Shown here piece after piece: positions 1 to 9,523 of a stretch of 55,786 nt of DNA (positions are counted from its first letter, which is position 1; each line of letters begins with the position of its first letter). Below the pieces are notes generated by a model. The model saw nothing but the letters and a program-made list of their open reading frames with translations, was not told the origin of the DNA and ran no database searches. Location: positions 1-55,786 of the forward strand of contig JANMLN010000098.1 in the NCBI GenBank assembly GCA_031372565.1, written 5' to 3'. This DNA comes from Gemmatimonadota bacterium. Lineage in GTDB: Bacteria; Gemmatimonadota; Gemmatimonadetes; Gemmatimonadales; Gemmatimonadaceae. The position numbers were made by a program, and so were the translations under genes.

Positions 1-32
1 CCCGTCTTCACTTGAGCCTACCGGAGGCTGCC

Positions 33-524
33 ATGTTCAAGCTCGTGCTCGTGACCAGCCTCCTGCTCCAGCAGCAGGTGAGTTGGTCGCTTCAGGACCA
101 GTACGGCAAGCTGCACACGCCGCAGGAGCTGCAGGGGCGCGTGGTGCTGCTGGTTGGCGGCGACCGTGCCGGCGCCGAGGCGAGTGGCAAGTGGGTCCGC
201 GCGACCATGGCCGCGCTGGGAAAGTCGGTGGATACATCGCGCGTCACGGTCATTCGCGTTGCCGACCTGCGACAGGTGCCGGTGATGCCGCAGCCGTTCG
301 CGCAGGCCAAGTTGCCGTCGCTCGACAATGCCCCCGTGTTGCTCGACTTCCAGGGGGTGCTCGCGCGCCGCTATCGGTTCGAGGCGGGGAGCTCGAATCA
401 GCTGGTGATCGGGCCGGACGGCCGCGTGCTGGCGCAGACGCGCGGGAACGGGGTGAACGCGGTGCAGGCGAGCATTCTCGCCGCGCGGATCCGCGAGGCG
501 ATCGAGCGGGCACCGAAGCGGTAG
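33..524 (+). CDS. Exported thioredoxin-like-fold hypothetical protein
   Basis: GGAGG then ATG at 33; hydrophobic N-terminus; 'LQDQYGKLH..GRVVLL..VLLDFQG..VIGPDGRV' resembles redoxin-like folds but has no CxxC. Confidence 0.5.
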   Translation: MFKLVLVTSLLLQQQVSWSLQDQYGKLHTPQELQGRVVLLVGGDRAGAEASGKWVRATMAALGKSVDTSRVTVIRVADLRQVPVMPQPFAQAKLPSLDNAPVLLDFQGVLARRYRFEAGSSNQLVIGPDGRVLAQTRGNGVNAVQASILAARIREAIERAPKR

Positions 525-530
525 CGTGCG

Positions 531-704
531 GTCGGCTTGAGGGCAGCGAAGGAGCTGGTTCTACCGCAGCAACCCCACAAGCAGGTCCTTCGACTCCGGG
601 CCGCTCTGCGGCCCTTCGCTCAGGACGACACGCAGGTCCTTCGACTCCGGGCCGCTCTGCGGCCCTCCGCTCAGGACGACACGCGGCCCTCCGCTCAGGA
701 CGAC
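531..704. repeat. Palindromic repeat cluster 1: degenerate forward copy 531-560, two long-variant reverse copies 579-630 and 632-681, partial copy 683-704
   Basis: GCAGGTCCTTCG-ACTCC-GGGCCGC-TCT-GCGGCCC-..CGCTCAGGACGAC repeated in tandem. Confidence 0.9.
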
Positions 705-722
705 GGCGGTAGTTTTCCTGCC

Positions 723-1679
723 ATGCCTCCCGACTCGCTGATCATCGCCGGCGCGCAGATCGCCCCGGTCTGGCTCGACCGCTCGGCCACTGTCGCCAAG
801 ATCGCCGCGTGGGTCCACCGTGCCGCCGACGCCGGCGCGCAGCTCGTGGCGTTTGGCGAAGCGCTGGCGCCGGGCTATCCGTTCTGGATTGAACACACCG
901 GTGGCGCGCGGTTCAACGACGGCGTGCAGAAGGCGCTCCACGCGCACTATCTCGATCAGGCCGTGCAGATCGAGGCGGGTCATCTGGCACCCGTGTGTGA
1001 TGCGGCCCAGGCGCGCGGCATCACCGTCATCGTGGGGATCATCGAGCGGCCGTCCGATCGTGGCGGGCACAGCGTGTTCGCGAGCTTGGTGTACATCGAC
1101 GACACGGGGACGGTGCGCAACGTGCATCGCAAGTTGATGCCCACTTATGAGGAGCGGCTCAGCTGGGCGAGTGGCGACGGCCATGGGCTGCGCACCTTCC
1201 CGCTTGGCGCGTTCACGGTGGGGGCGCTCAACTGCTGGGAGAACTGGATGCCGTTGGCGCGCGCGGCGCTGTACGGCATGGGCGAGGATCTGCATGTCGC
1301 GCTGTGGCCGGGCAGCGTGAAGAACACGGAGCACATCACGCGCACCATGGCACGCGAAGGGCGGAGCTACGCCATGAGCGTGGGGGGAGTGCTCACGCAC
1401 GCCGACATTCCGGCGACGACTCCACACCGCGCGCTGATGGTCGGTGCGCTCCCCGAGGTGATCGCCGAGGGGGGGACGTGCATTGCGGGGCCCGACGGCG
1501 AGTGGATCGTGGAGCCGGTGCGCGGCGGGGAGCAGCTGGTGCTCGCGACGATCGAGCATCGGCGCGTGCGCGAGGAGCGGCAGAACTTCGACGCGGCCGG
1601 GCATTATGCGCGGCCGGATGTGCTGCAGTTGCAGGTCAACCGTGAGCGACAGACGACGGTACGCGTCAGTGGTGGCTGA
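723..1679 (+). CDS. Carbon-nitrogen hydrolase (nitrilase family)
   Basis: E-K-C triad motifs 'GEAL', 'HRKLMPT', 'NCWENWMP', C-terminal 'FDAAGHYARPD'; the ORF extension to 537 is translated repeat. Confidence 0.9.
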   Translation: MPPDSLIIAGAQIAPVWLDRSATVAKIAAWVHRAADAGAQLVAFGEALAPGYPFWIEHTGGARFNDGVQKALHAHYLDQAVQIEAGHLAPVCDAAQARGITVIVGIIERPSDRGGHSVFASLVYIDDTGTVRNVHRKLMPTYEERLSWASGDGHGLRTFPLGAFTVGALNCWENWMPLARAALYGMGEDLHVALWPGSVKNTEHITRTMAREGRSYAMSVGGVLTHADIPATTPHRALMVGALPEVIAEGGTCIAGPDGEWIVEPVRGGEQLVLATIEHRRVREERQNFDAAGHYARPDVLQLQVNRERQTTVRVSGG

Positions 1680-1717
1680 GGGCGCGGGCGCTCAGCAGCT
1701 CGCGCCAACCACCACGC

Positions 1718-3193
1718 CTATCGTCCGCTCAGTCCCATGGCCTGCAGCACGAGCTGGTTCAACTCCCGCTTCATCGACGCGCGCACCGTTGCGTGCCGCG
1801 GGCTCCCGGCCAGGTTGTGCAGCTCGAGCGAGTCCTGGCGCAGGTCGTACAGCTCATCCTGCGTCGGGTACTTCATCCAGTGGATGTACTTGTACTGGCC
1901 CGTGCGGACCGCGCGATAGTCCATGTCCAGCAGGTGGGGGAACGGCTGTTCGTTGGTGTAGAACTCGACGAGCACCGATTGCCGCCAACCGGTGGGCGTC
2001 CCGCGAAAGAGCGGCACGAGCGACCGTCCCTGGATCGACGCGCTGATCGGCACCCCCGCGACGTCCAGCAAGGTTGGCGCGAGGTCCACCGTGAGCGCCA
2101 TGCCGGTCGGTCGCGCACCGGCCGGAATGCGCGATGGCCAGCGCATGAGCAGCGGGTTCCGGATGGACTCCTCGTAGGGCAACCGGCGCTCGGTCGTCAA
2201 ACCGTGTTCGCCGAAGAAGAAGCCATTGTCGCTGCTCAACACGATCATCGTCTGGTCGAGAATGTGGAGCGAGTCCAGCGTGGCGATGATGCGCCCCAGG
2301 CTCTGGTCGACGCCACGAATCATCTCGGCGCGCCGCCGGATCGTGGCATCGCCACTCCACGCCGTGTTCGCGTGCTGGTGTTCGTCGCCGTTCGGGGCGG
2401 GCGCCGCCTTGGGCAGCCGCGCCAGCGCCTGGCGGATGACCGGCTTGCCCGCCAGATCAGCGGCCAGGTCGACGGCACCACCGCGCGGCGGATAGCGCCG
2501 ATTCGCGTAGCGGCCTTCATCACGTGCGGCGGGGACGTAGCCGCGATCGCTCTCCGGGTCGAGTGAGCCGTCGTTGCGCTGCACCACGTCCGGGTGCACG
2601 GCCTTGTGCGCGAGATACACGAGAAACGGCTTGTCATGCTCGCGCGTGATGAAGGACACGGCGCGATCGGTCAGCAGGTCGGTCGTGTAGCCGGGCACCT
2701 TGTGCATGGCGCCGTTCTCGAAGAGCTCCGGATCGGTGGCGTGGCCCTGCCCGGGCATGGCCACCCAGTAGTCCCACCCCGGACGCGGCGTGGCATCGTT
2801 GCCCAAGAGCCACTTGCCGAGGAAGGCCGTGCGGTAGCCGGCCGCCTGCAGCGGGATGTTGAAGGTCTGGAGGTGATGACTCGCGAGGTCGCGCGACACG
2901 TTGTCGATGATTCCGTGCCGGCTCGGATACTGTCCGGTGAGCAGACTCGCGCGATTGGGCGAGCAGAGCGGCACCGCGTGGTACGCGTTCACGAACAGCG
3001 CGCCCTCGGCGGCGAGCCGATCGATGTTGGGGGTCTCGAGGTAGGGGTGCCCGCCGGCATGGAATTCGTCGAAGCGGAGGTCGTCGACGAGCACGACGAC
3101 GATGTTCGGGCGGCTCGGAGCCGGGCGAGGCGGGGGCGCCCCGGCAGAGGAGACGAGCGCGAGCAGGGCGAGCGCAACTGTGGCGGTCTTCAT
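1718..3193 (-). CDS. Exported Cys-type sulfatase
   Basis: Signal peptide; 'PNIVVVLVDD', 'CSPNRASLLTG', 'SSDNG'; GGAG upstream of ATG 3193. Confidence 0.9.
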   Translation of the reverse strand: MKTATVALALLALVSSAGAPPPRPAPSRPNIVVVLVDDLRFDEFHAGGHPYLETPNIDRLAAEGALFVNAYHAVPLCSPNRASLLTGQYPSRHGIIDNVSRDLASHHLQTFNIPLQAAGYRTAFLGKWLLGNDATPRPGWDYWVAMPGQGHATDPELFENGAMHKVPGYTTDLLTDRAVSFITREHDKPFLVYLAHKAVHPDVVQRNDGSLDPESDRGYVPAARDEGRYANRRYPPRGGAVDLAADLAGKPVIRQALARLPKAAPAPNGDEHQHANTAWSGDATIRRRAEMIRGVDQSLGRIIATLDSLHILDQTMIVLSSDNGFFFGEHGLTTERRLPYEESIRNPLLMRWPSRIPAGARPTGMALTVDLAPTLLDVAGVPISASIQGRSLVPLFRGTPTGWRQSVLVEFYTNEQPFPHLLDMDYRAVRTGQYKYIHWMKYPTQDELYDLRQDSLELHNLAGSPRHATVRASMKRELNQLVLQAMGLSGR

Positions 3194-3213
3194 GTCGTCT
3201 CCCGTGAGCAACC

Positions 3214-3361
3214 CGTCGTCTGAGCGAAGCGTCGTGTGAGCGAAGCGAAGGACCTGCTTGTCGTCCTGAGCGAAGCGAAGGACCTGCTTTGGGTTCAGCA
3301 GGAACAGCACAAGCAGGTCCTTCGACTCCGGGCCGCTGCGCGGCCCTTCGCTCAGGACGAC
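3214..3361. repeat. Palindromic repeat cluster 2: partial/forward copies 3214-3289, 21-bp spacer, long-variant reverse copy 3311-3361
   Basis: GTCGTCCTGAGCGAAGCGAAGGACCTGCTT copies and an inverted long variant. Confidence 0.92.
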
Positions 3362-4830
3362 TACGGGCGGCGGGTCGGCTTGATCTCCTCGATCCGGAGG
3401 ATCGTATCCCCCTCCAGCACACCATCCACGACCTCGATCCCCTCAACCACTTCACCAAACACCGTATAGTCCTTCGTCAACCGCGCGTTGTCACGCAGGT
3501 TCACGAACCACTGCGCATCTCCCGTGTCATGGCCGCGCGTGCTCATCCCCACCGTGCCACGCGGATGCGGAATGGTGCCGAGCTCATCACGCAGGAACTG
3601 GTCGAGCCCGATGTACTCCGTGGCCCCCGGACTCCCGCCCTGGATGACGAAGTCGGGTTCGACGCGATGCCAGGTGAGTCCATCGTAGTAGTGCGTGTTG
3701 GACAGTTCGAGAATCCGCGCCGCCATGATCGGCGCGACATCGCCGCGCAGACGCACGACAAACGAGCCGCCGCCCGACCGGGGCGACATCGTGACGCGGA
3801 GCCGGATGTCGGCTCCCCTCGCGAGCTCCACCGCGCGCGGCGCCACGTACGGCTTGAACACCGGCGGGCGATCGTCAGCGATCGGGCGGCCAGCCGCCAC
3901 GAGCAGCGCTTCGCGCACGTCGTGCGCGGAGGCGTTGTTGCGTGCCACCCACCGTTCGAAGGCTGCGTTACATGCGGTGGCGACCTCGGCGCGCGGTGAG
4001 CCCTTGAGCGCGGAGGCCGCGGCGCGTACGGCCTGCGCTCCCTTGGCGGTGAGCGTTGCGAGGTAGAGGTCGTCGTCGGCGTGCGCGACCAGCTTGGACA
4101 GCGCCTCGATCGCGAGTTCCTTGACGTTGTCGTCCGCGTTACGCGCCAGCGCTCGGAGGGTGGCCGTATCAGCGAGAATGCCGGCGGCGCGCGCCGCGTA
4201 GGCGCGGACCTGCCACTGCACGTGCGACGCGAGCGTGCCGACGCGCGTGGCGGCCTCGGCGGGCCGCACACGCGCGAGCGCCACCACCGCGTGGGCGCCG
4301 GCGTGCCATGACACGGCGCCCGCGGCGCGGCGCGAGGCATCGCGCGGGAGCGCATCGATCGCGCTCGTGAGCGACGCCACCATGGCGTCGTCGGCCGCAC
4401 AGGAGGCGTCGGCCAGATCCATCGCGCGCAGGCGCACGGGCCACGCACTATCGGCGAGCGCGAGGCGCAGCGGGGCGCAGTCGCCCGCGGGCTTCTTGAG
4501 CGCGCGGTAGCGGAGTCGCCAGGCGGGGTCAGCGTACGCAGGGGCCGCGCGAAGAGCAGGGAAGGAGTCGCGCGCGGCGAACTTGGGGTCGCGGATGCGG
4601 GCGAGCGCCCGCTTCGCGAGCGCGCTGCTGTGCGGATCCTCGTGTGCGGCCGCGCGACGCAGCACGTCACTCGTCGTGTCGTGCATCACCTCCGCCTTCA
4701 GGATCGCGACATACCCGCTCGTCGGCGTCAGCGGCGAGTAGAGGCGCTGGGCCTGTGCCGCGGGGCACAGCAGGGCGGTGGCGATGCCAAGTGTGGCGAG
4801 TCGATCGAGCGGCAGGCGCGTGGAGGTCAT
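3361..4830 (-). CDS. Exported HEAT-repeat protein with C-terminal cyclophilin-type peptidyl-prolyl isomerase
   Basis: 'YYDGLTWHRVEPDFVIQGG', 'RGTVGM', 'YTVFGEVVEG'; HEAT-like 'WQVRAYAARA'; start uncertain (4830 or 4902). Confidence 0.85.
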   Translation of the reverse strand: MTSTRLPLDRLATLGIATALLCPAAQAQRLYSPLTPTSGYVAILKAEVMHDTTSDVLRRAAAHEDPHSSALAKRALARIRDPKFAARDSFPALRAAPAYADPAWRLRYRALKKPAGDCAPLRLALADSAWPVRLRAMDLADASCAADDAMVASLTSAIDALPRDASRRAAGAVSWHAGAHAVVALARVRPAEAATRVGTLASHVQWQVRAYAARAAGILADTATLRALARNADDNVKELAIEALSKLVAHADDDLYLATLTAKGAQAVRAAASALKGSPRAEVATACNAAFERWVARNNASAHDVREALLVAAGRPIADDRPPVFKPYVAPRAVELARGADIRLRVTMSPRSGGGSFVVRLRGDVAPIMAARILELSNTHYYDGLTWHRVEPDFVIQGGSPGATEYIGLDQFLRDELGTIPHPRGTVGMSTRGHDTGDAQWFVNLRDNARLTKDYTVFGEVVEGIEVVDGVLEGDTILRIEEIKPTRRP

Positions 4831-4912
4831 CCAGTCAAATCGACGGGTGGCACGCGGGAATGTCCAGAGGGCGTTCGTACGGCGCGCGGACGGCCCCGTC
4901 ACCGCGCGCTGC

Positions 4913-7837
4913 CTACTTCACCGGTCCCAGGTACTTGTCGAGCCACGCCAGCGTCTCGCGGAAGAGCTCGGCCCGCGGCACGTCGTGCCCGCCCTCGTAC
5001 ACTTTCCGTTTCTTGTCCGCGGCTGGCGTGCCGAGGTTCTTGAAGAACGGTTCCTGCGAGGTGGTGAGCGGGAAGAAGAAGTCGTACTTGCCGTTGAGCA
5101 TGATCACGGGAAGCTTCACGCGCGGCAGGAAGTTGATCGCGTCGGTCTCGGGGCGGCTCCGCTCCATGGTCAGTCCGGCGATGTACAACACGGCGGCCTT
5201 GAGGCGCGGCTCGATGGCCGGGATGATGGCGCCGTTCGCGCCGCCCCAGCTCGTGCCGAAGTACGCAAACTTGCCCGCGTCCACGTCGTCGCGACTGCTG
5301 AGGTAGTCGAGCGTGCGCCGGTAGTCCATGCCCCACATCACGACGTGGTCACGCCAGAAGATCGAGTTGTCCGGGATGTCCACCGTGAGGCTGTCGCCCC
5401 GCTCGTATGTGCTCTTGTAGATGGGGAGCACGAAGATGCGTCCCGAGCGGACGAGCATCGTGGCGAGGAAATCCTCGCGCGTCTTCTGGCTCGAGCGCGC
5501 GCCGATCACCCCCGATCCCGGAAAGTACACGACGGTCTGGAACGGCCCCTTGCCCACCTTCGGTGCGTACACCCACGCCCCCATGCGCTCCTTTCCGTAG
5601 GCCGCGCTGAACGTCAAGTACTCCACGGTCATGGCATCGACCGTCGTGTCACGCGCCTCGACCTTGGCATCGAGTGGCCGCGGGTCGTAGTCGAACTGCT
5701 GACGGTAGCCCGCGAACTCGGCGTCGGTGGCCGGCTTCACCTTGGTGTAGTCGGTGAAGGCGCGCGTGACCGGCGCCGAGGCCTTGGCCACGTTCGCGTC
5801 GACCGAATCGTAGAGCACGAGGCGGATGCCATTGATCGGGTTGCGATCCATGGGTGGCTGCGCGTATGCATCCACGAAGCCGTACGGCTGGTCACTCCAA
5901 CCGCCGCCCAGGATGAAGCGCTCTCCCTGGCCCGCATCGTTGATGCACCACTCTCGCACATTGCCCGCCAGGTCCGACACGCCGCCCCGACTGATGCCGC
6001 GCGGCGTCCCCACGGGCAGCGGCCCCTTGCCCTCCAGGTTGCTGCGCGGCACCACGAAGCGCGAATACTGGCTCGTGGCCGCACGCGACCAGTGATAGAC
6101 GGTGGGCAGCGCCTTGCCGGCGAAGCGCGCATAGGCACGAGCCTCGTACCAGCTCACGCCGCCCACCGGATAGTCCCCCTGTCCCTGCGGGAAGCCCCCA
6201 CCCTCCCATGCGCTCGGCCCCGGGCGTCCGGTCTTGTCCACGAAGCGGGCCACGGCGGCGTCGAAGGCGAGCGTCTTGCCGCCCTCTACCACCGGATCGG
6301 TCCACCACTTGGCGTCCTTGTACCCGCCCGCGTCCACGAACTTCTGATAGTCCGCGTTGCGCACTTCGTAGCGATCCATCCGGTACTCGGCCAGCGCGAT
6401 CTCGGGCGCGGTTTCGGTTCCCACGAGGAAGGCCGAAAAGGTGCCCGCCGGAATCCGCACCATCTCCGGGTTCGGCGACGACTCGGCGTCGAGGGGAATC
6501 AGCTTCAGGGGCCTCAGCTGGCCCGCCGCCGGACCGTAGAGCAGCGTCAGCGTCCGGTACCCCGCTTTCGCGAAGCGGTAGTATCCCGCCCTGCGCACGA
6601 CGCGCACCGAGTCCACCGGCGACGTGCCGAGATCGTACCAGAGCGTCGTATCGCCAAGTCCCGCGCGGGTCACGTGCACACCGGGTGGATCGGTGACGAT
6701 GGGCAGTGGCAGCGTGAGCCGATCCCACAACCGTGCGAATGCGGTGTCGGTGGGCGCGAGTTCACGTACCCGAAGCGCGATGGCGAACGCCGAGTCGGGC
6801 TGGCCTCCGTCGAGCTGTCGAGCGATGGTGGGGATCGCCTCGTCGCGCACCCAGGCCATGCGGCGTGACGAGGCCGTTGCGGCGTAGGCAACGCCGGCGA
6901 CACCGATCACCCCCGCCGCGATTCCGATCGCACGCCACGAGCTCTTCTTGGCCGGAGCCGCCGGCGCTGCCGTCGCGCCGGTGTACGCCGCCGATGGCGT
7001 CGAGAGCGACTCGATCGCCTGCAGCAACTCGTCGGCTGTCTGGTACCGGTTGGCCGGATCCTTCTCGAGGCACTTCATCACGAGCGCCGCGATCGCGGCC
7101 GGTACCTGCGGCGCCACGGTGGACAGTGGCGGCACCGGCTGCGTGATGTGCGCCGCGAGAATGTTCTGCGGCGACCCCGTGAACGGCGCCTTGCCCGTGA
7201 GCAGCTCGTACGCCACCACGCCCAGTGCATAGATGTCGGCGCGGTGGTCCACGTTCGGGTCGGCCGCGGCCTGCTCCGGCGCCATGTAGGCCGGCGTGCC
7301 GAGCGAAATGCCGACGCTTGTGAGCCCGTGCTGCGACGATGCCTCGCGCATCGCCTTGGCCACGCCAAAGTCCACCACCAGCGCGTGACGCTCGGCGATC
7401 ATCACGTTGTCGGGCTTCAGGTCGCGGTGCACCACGCCGCGGCGGTGCGCATGGGCCACGCCGTCCACGATGTCGCGCAGGAGGCGCATGGAATCGGAGG
7501 GAGGCAGCGCGCCCGAGCGCGTGAGCAGCGAGCGGAGCGAGTCGCCGTCCACGTACGGCATGACGTAGAAGAGCAGGTCGTCGGCTGCGCCCGAGTCGAG
7601 CAGCGGCAGGATGTGCGGCGACTGAAGCTGCGCGGCGATGTTGATCTCGCGCAGGAAACGCTCGGCGCCCACCGCCTGGGCGAGGTCGGGGCGGAGGACC
7701 TTGATGGCCACCTGGCGCGCGTGCTTGAGGTCGCGGGCGAGGTAGACGGTGGCCATGCCGCCGTGGCCTTGTTCCCGGTCCACGGCGTAGCGGCCGGCGA
7801 GGGCCGCGTTGAGGCGAGTGATGGCGTCGTCGGTCAC
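4913..7837 (-). CDS. Ser/Thr kinase fused to FGE-sulfatase (SUMF1-like) domain and alpha/beta hydrolase
   Basis: 'GHGGMATVY', 'VAIK', 'HRDLKPDN', 'DFG', 'YMAPE'; TM segment; 'YPVGGVSWYEA..LPT..DLAGNVREW'; 'GTSWGG' nucleophile elbow; start 7837 or 7873. Confidence 0.88.
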   Translation of the reverse strand: MTDDAITRLNAALAGRYAVDREQGHGGMATVYLARDLKHARQVAIKVLRPDLAQAVGAERFLREINIAAQLQSPHILPLLDSGAADDLLFYVMPYVDGDSLRSLLTRSGALPPSDSMRLLRDIVDGVAHAHRRGVVHRDLKPDNVMIAERHALVVDFGVAKAMREASSQHGLTSVGISLGTPAYMAPEQAAADPNVDHRADIYALGVVAYELLTGKAPFTGSPQNILAAHITQPVPPLSTVAPQVPAAIAALVMKCLEKDPANRYQTADELLQAIESLSTPSAAYTGATAAPAAPAKKSSWRAIGIAAGVIGVAGVAYAATASSRRMAWVRDEAIPTIARQLDGGQPDSAFAIALRVRELAPTDTAFARLWDRLTLPLPIVTDPPGVHVTRAGLGDTTLWYDLGTSPVDSVRVVRRAGYYRFAKAGYRTLTLLYGPAAGQLRPLKLIPLDAESSPNPEMVRIPAGTFSAFLVGTETAPEIALAEYRMDRYEVRNADYQKFVDAGGYKDAKWWTDPVVEGGKTLAFDAAVARFVDKTGRPGPSAWEGGGFPQGQGDYPVGGVSWYEARAYARFAGKALPTVYHWSRAATSQYSRFVVPRSNLEGKGPLPVGTPRGISRGGVSDLAGNVREWCINDAGQGERFILGGGWSDQPYGFVDAYAQPPMDRNPINGIRLVLYDSVDANVAKASAPVTRAFTDYTKVKPATDAEFAGYRQQFDYDPRPLDAKVEARDTTVDAMTVEYLTFSAAYGKERMGAWVYAPKVGKGPFQTVVYFPGSGVIGARSSQKTREDFLATMLVRSGRIFVLPIYKSTYERGDSLTVDIPDNSIFWRDHVVMWGMDYRRTLDYLSSRDDVDAGKFAYFGTSWGGANGAIIPAIEPRLKAAVLYIAGLTMERSRPETDAINFLPRVKLPVIMLNGKYDFFFPLTTSQEPFFKNLGTPAADKKRKVYEGGHDVPRAELFRETLAWLDKYLGPVK

Positions 7838-8020
7838 GGTGGGAAAGTACGACGGCGGGCGGGGGTCGGCCACCGGCGCGCAGGTGGCGGGATCGGTCGT
7901 GATCGTTCACAGGAGCGCACGGCGCAACACTAGGAGCATGGCTGCAATGAACGGATGCCTCGATCAGGGCGAGCGACGCCAGTTTGACGGGGCCCGCCTC
8001 GACGTCGCCTGATTCCCCTC

Positions 8021-8049
8021 TTGTGAATGTCACATATGACATATAGACT
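8021..8049 (+). promoter_or_regulatory. Sigma70-like promoter with internal palindromic operator for TA pair 1
   Basis: TTGTGA(8021-26)-17bp-TAGACT(8044-49); palindrome ATGTCA-CATA-TGACAT at 8027-8042. Confidence 0.6.
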
Positions 8050-8395
8050 TGACGAAGCAAGCGGCCGTAAACCAATCGTCTGGCTCCGCGGTGAAGTGCG
8101 CACGCCACCTTTCTCAGTGGGAGCGCGGCACGAAGTCGGCCGTCTACTCGGATTGCTGCAACGCGGCGTCATGCTGTCCATGCCGGAGTCGAGGCCCATG
8201 CCGATCATCGGTTCTCGAGTGCACGAACTGCGGGTCACGGACGCACACGTTGCCTGGCGCGTGATCTACCGCCTCGACGGCGATGCCGTTGTGGTCGTGG
8301 ACGTCTTCAAGAAATCAACGATGACGACGCCGCGGCGCGTGATCGAGGAGAGCCGGCGCCGGCTGCGTCGATACGATCTCAACTCGGAGGCCTGA
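8027..8395 (+). CDS. RelE/HigB-like (Gp49/DUF891-type) toxin
   Basis: 'KPIVWLRGEVRTPPFS..MPESRPMP..VHELRV..WRVIY..FKKST..TP'; upstream of HTH gene; start uncertain. Confidence 0.85.
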   Translation: MSHMTYRLDEASGRKPIVWLRGEVRTPPFSVGARHEVGRLLGLLQRGVMLSMPESRPMPIIGSRVHELRVTDAHVAWRVIYRLDGDAVVVVDVFKKSTMTTPRRVIEESRRRLRRYDLNSEA

Positions 8396-8724
8396 TGCCG
8401 TCCATGAATGCACGCAAGCGCAAGCGCCTCGAAGCGGCCGGGTGGGTCGTGGGGACGCCTCAGGAATTTCTTGGCCTCTCGAACGAGGAAACAGCACTCA
8501 TTGACATGCACATTGCGCTCAGTCTGGCGTTGCGCGCACTGCGCAAGCGCCGAAAGCTCACGCAGGCGGCTCTAGCCAAACGAATCGGCTCGTCGCAGTC
8601 GCGGGTGGCCAAGATGGAAGTCGGTGATCCAAGCGTCTCTTTCGAGCTGCTCATCCGCGGGCTGCTCGCGCTTGGCGCCACGGCGGGCGATGTGGGACGA
8701 GTCATTGCGCGTCGCGCGGCCTGA
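8395..8724 (+). CDS. XRE-family HTH antitoxin (HigA-like)
   Basis: 'LTQAALAKRIGSSQSRVAKME'; TGATG coupling to the toxin. Confidence 0.88.
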   Translation: MPSMNARKRKRLEAAGWVVGTPQEFLGLSNEETALIDMHIALSLALRALRKRRKLTQAALAKRIGSSQSRVAKMEVGDPSVSFELLIRGLLALGATAGDVGRVIARRAA

Positions 8725-8820
8725 ACGGAGCCCGCGAGACCGAGGAGTTATGCGTCGTCCGAGAACGCACTGTGTCGGCGTGCGCCGCACGATCATCCGC
8801 GTGAAAGGCCGGCATGCGCA

Positions 8821-8994
8821 CGGCGCTCCGATTTCTTCGCGATCGGCACGGTAGACACGAGGAAGGCGTCGGTGAGGTGACCCAGCCTCGCCGCGACCGC
8901 GTCCGTGCCGACGCCCAAGCCCTGGGAGCGCAGATCACGGTGCATACGGTACGCGCTGAAGCTGCCGGCGGGGTTGCGAAGGCACCGGCGGACG
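8821..8994 (-). pseudogene. Internal fragment of an AAA+/DUF4143 ATPase gene (diverged copy of 12432-12605)
   Basis: Encodes 'CLRNPAGSFSAYRMHRDLRSQGLGVGTDAVAARLGHLTDAF', near-identical to the 12020-13345 product. Confidence 0.85.
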
Positions 8995-9076
8995 GACGCG
9001 TGGCCTGACCTCAATTGACGTTTCGCTGACGCCGCGGGCGAGAGTGCACGTCGAGGCCTGGTGTCGCGGGCGGGTA

Positions 9077-9111
9077 TTGCTTACTACTGAGTAGCATACT
9101 ACAATGTATCA
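9077..9111 (+). promoter_or_regulatory. Sigma70 promoter overlapped by two tandem 15-bp imperfect palindromic operators (TA pair 2)
   Basis: TTGCTT(9077-82)-17bp-TACAAT(9100-05); TACTACTGAGTAGCA / TACTACAATGTATCA. Confidence 0.65.
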
Positions 9112-9490
9112 TATAACCGAGGAAGCCATCCGCGGTGAAGCCGCGATCGCATTCGTCGAGTCTGCCGTCTTCACCCGCCGGATCGTTGATCTCGGTCTCG
9201 AGGCCGGCGTGCGGCAGCTGCAAGCGGAACTGTCGAGAAATCCGCTTGCGGGAGCACTCGACCCTGGAACGGGCGGACTTCGCAAGATCCGCATGGCCGA
9301 CCCTGCCCGTCGTGTCGGAAAGCGCGGCAGTGCGCGGGTGCACTACCTCTACCTGGTTCGTCACGCCGTGATCTATCTGCTCTTCGTGTACGACAAGCGC
9401 GAGTCGCTGACGCTGACGCCCGGCCAGAAGACCATCCTGAAGGCCATGGCGCGGCAAATCGCCCGCGAGTGGGATCAGCACGATGTGTAA
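9104..9490 (+). CDS. RelE/HigB-2-like toxin
   Basis: 'FVESAVF..NPLAG..GTGGLRKIR..GKRGSARVHY..IYLLFVYDK'; start uncertain. Confidence 0.85.
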   Translation: MYHITEEAIRGEAAIAFVESAVFTRRIVDLGLEAGVRQLQAELSRNPLAGALDPGTGGLRKIRMADPARRVGKRGSARVHYLYLVRHAVIYLLFVYDKRESLTLTPGQKTILKAMARQIAREWDQHDV

Positions 9491-9523
9491 CCCGTCAGGC
9501 CACCTGCATTCGAGAGAGATCGC

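Noticed and set aside
537..722. N-terminal extensions containing 'KQVLR..AQDD' (also 3194-3310, and ORFs 40554-40928, 42181-42441)
   Set aside because: These are translations of the DNA repeat, not protein domains.
4778..6868. Long antisense ORFs (also 12551-14203, 43704-45554, 50037-52610 and others)
   Set aside because: Shadow frames of high-GC genes with no recognisable motifs.
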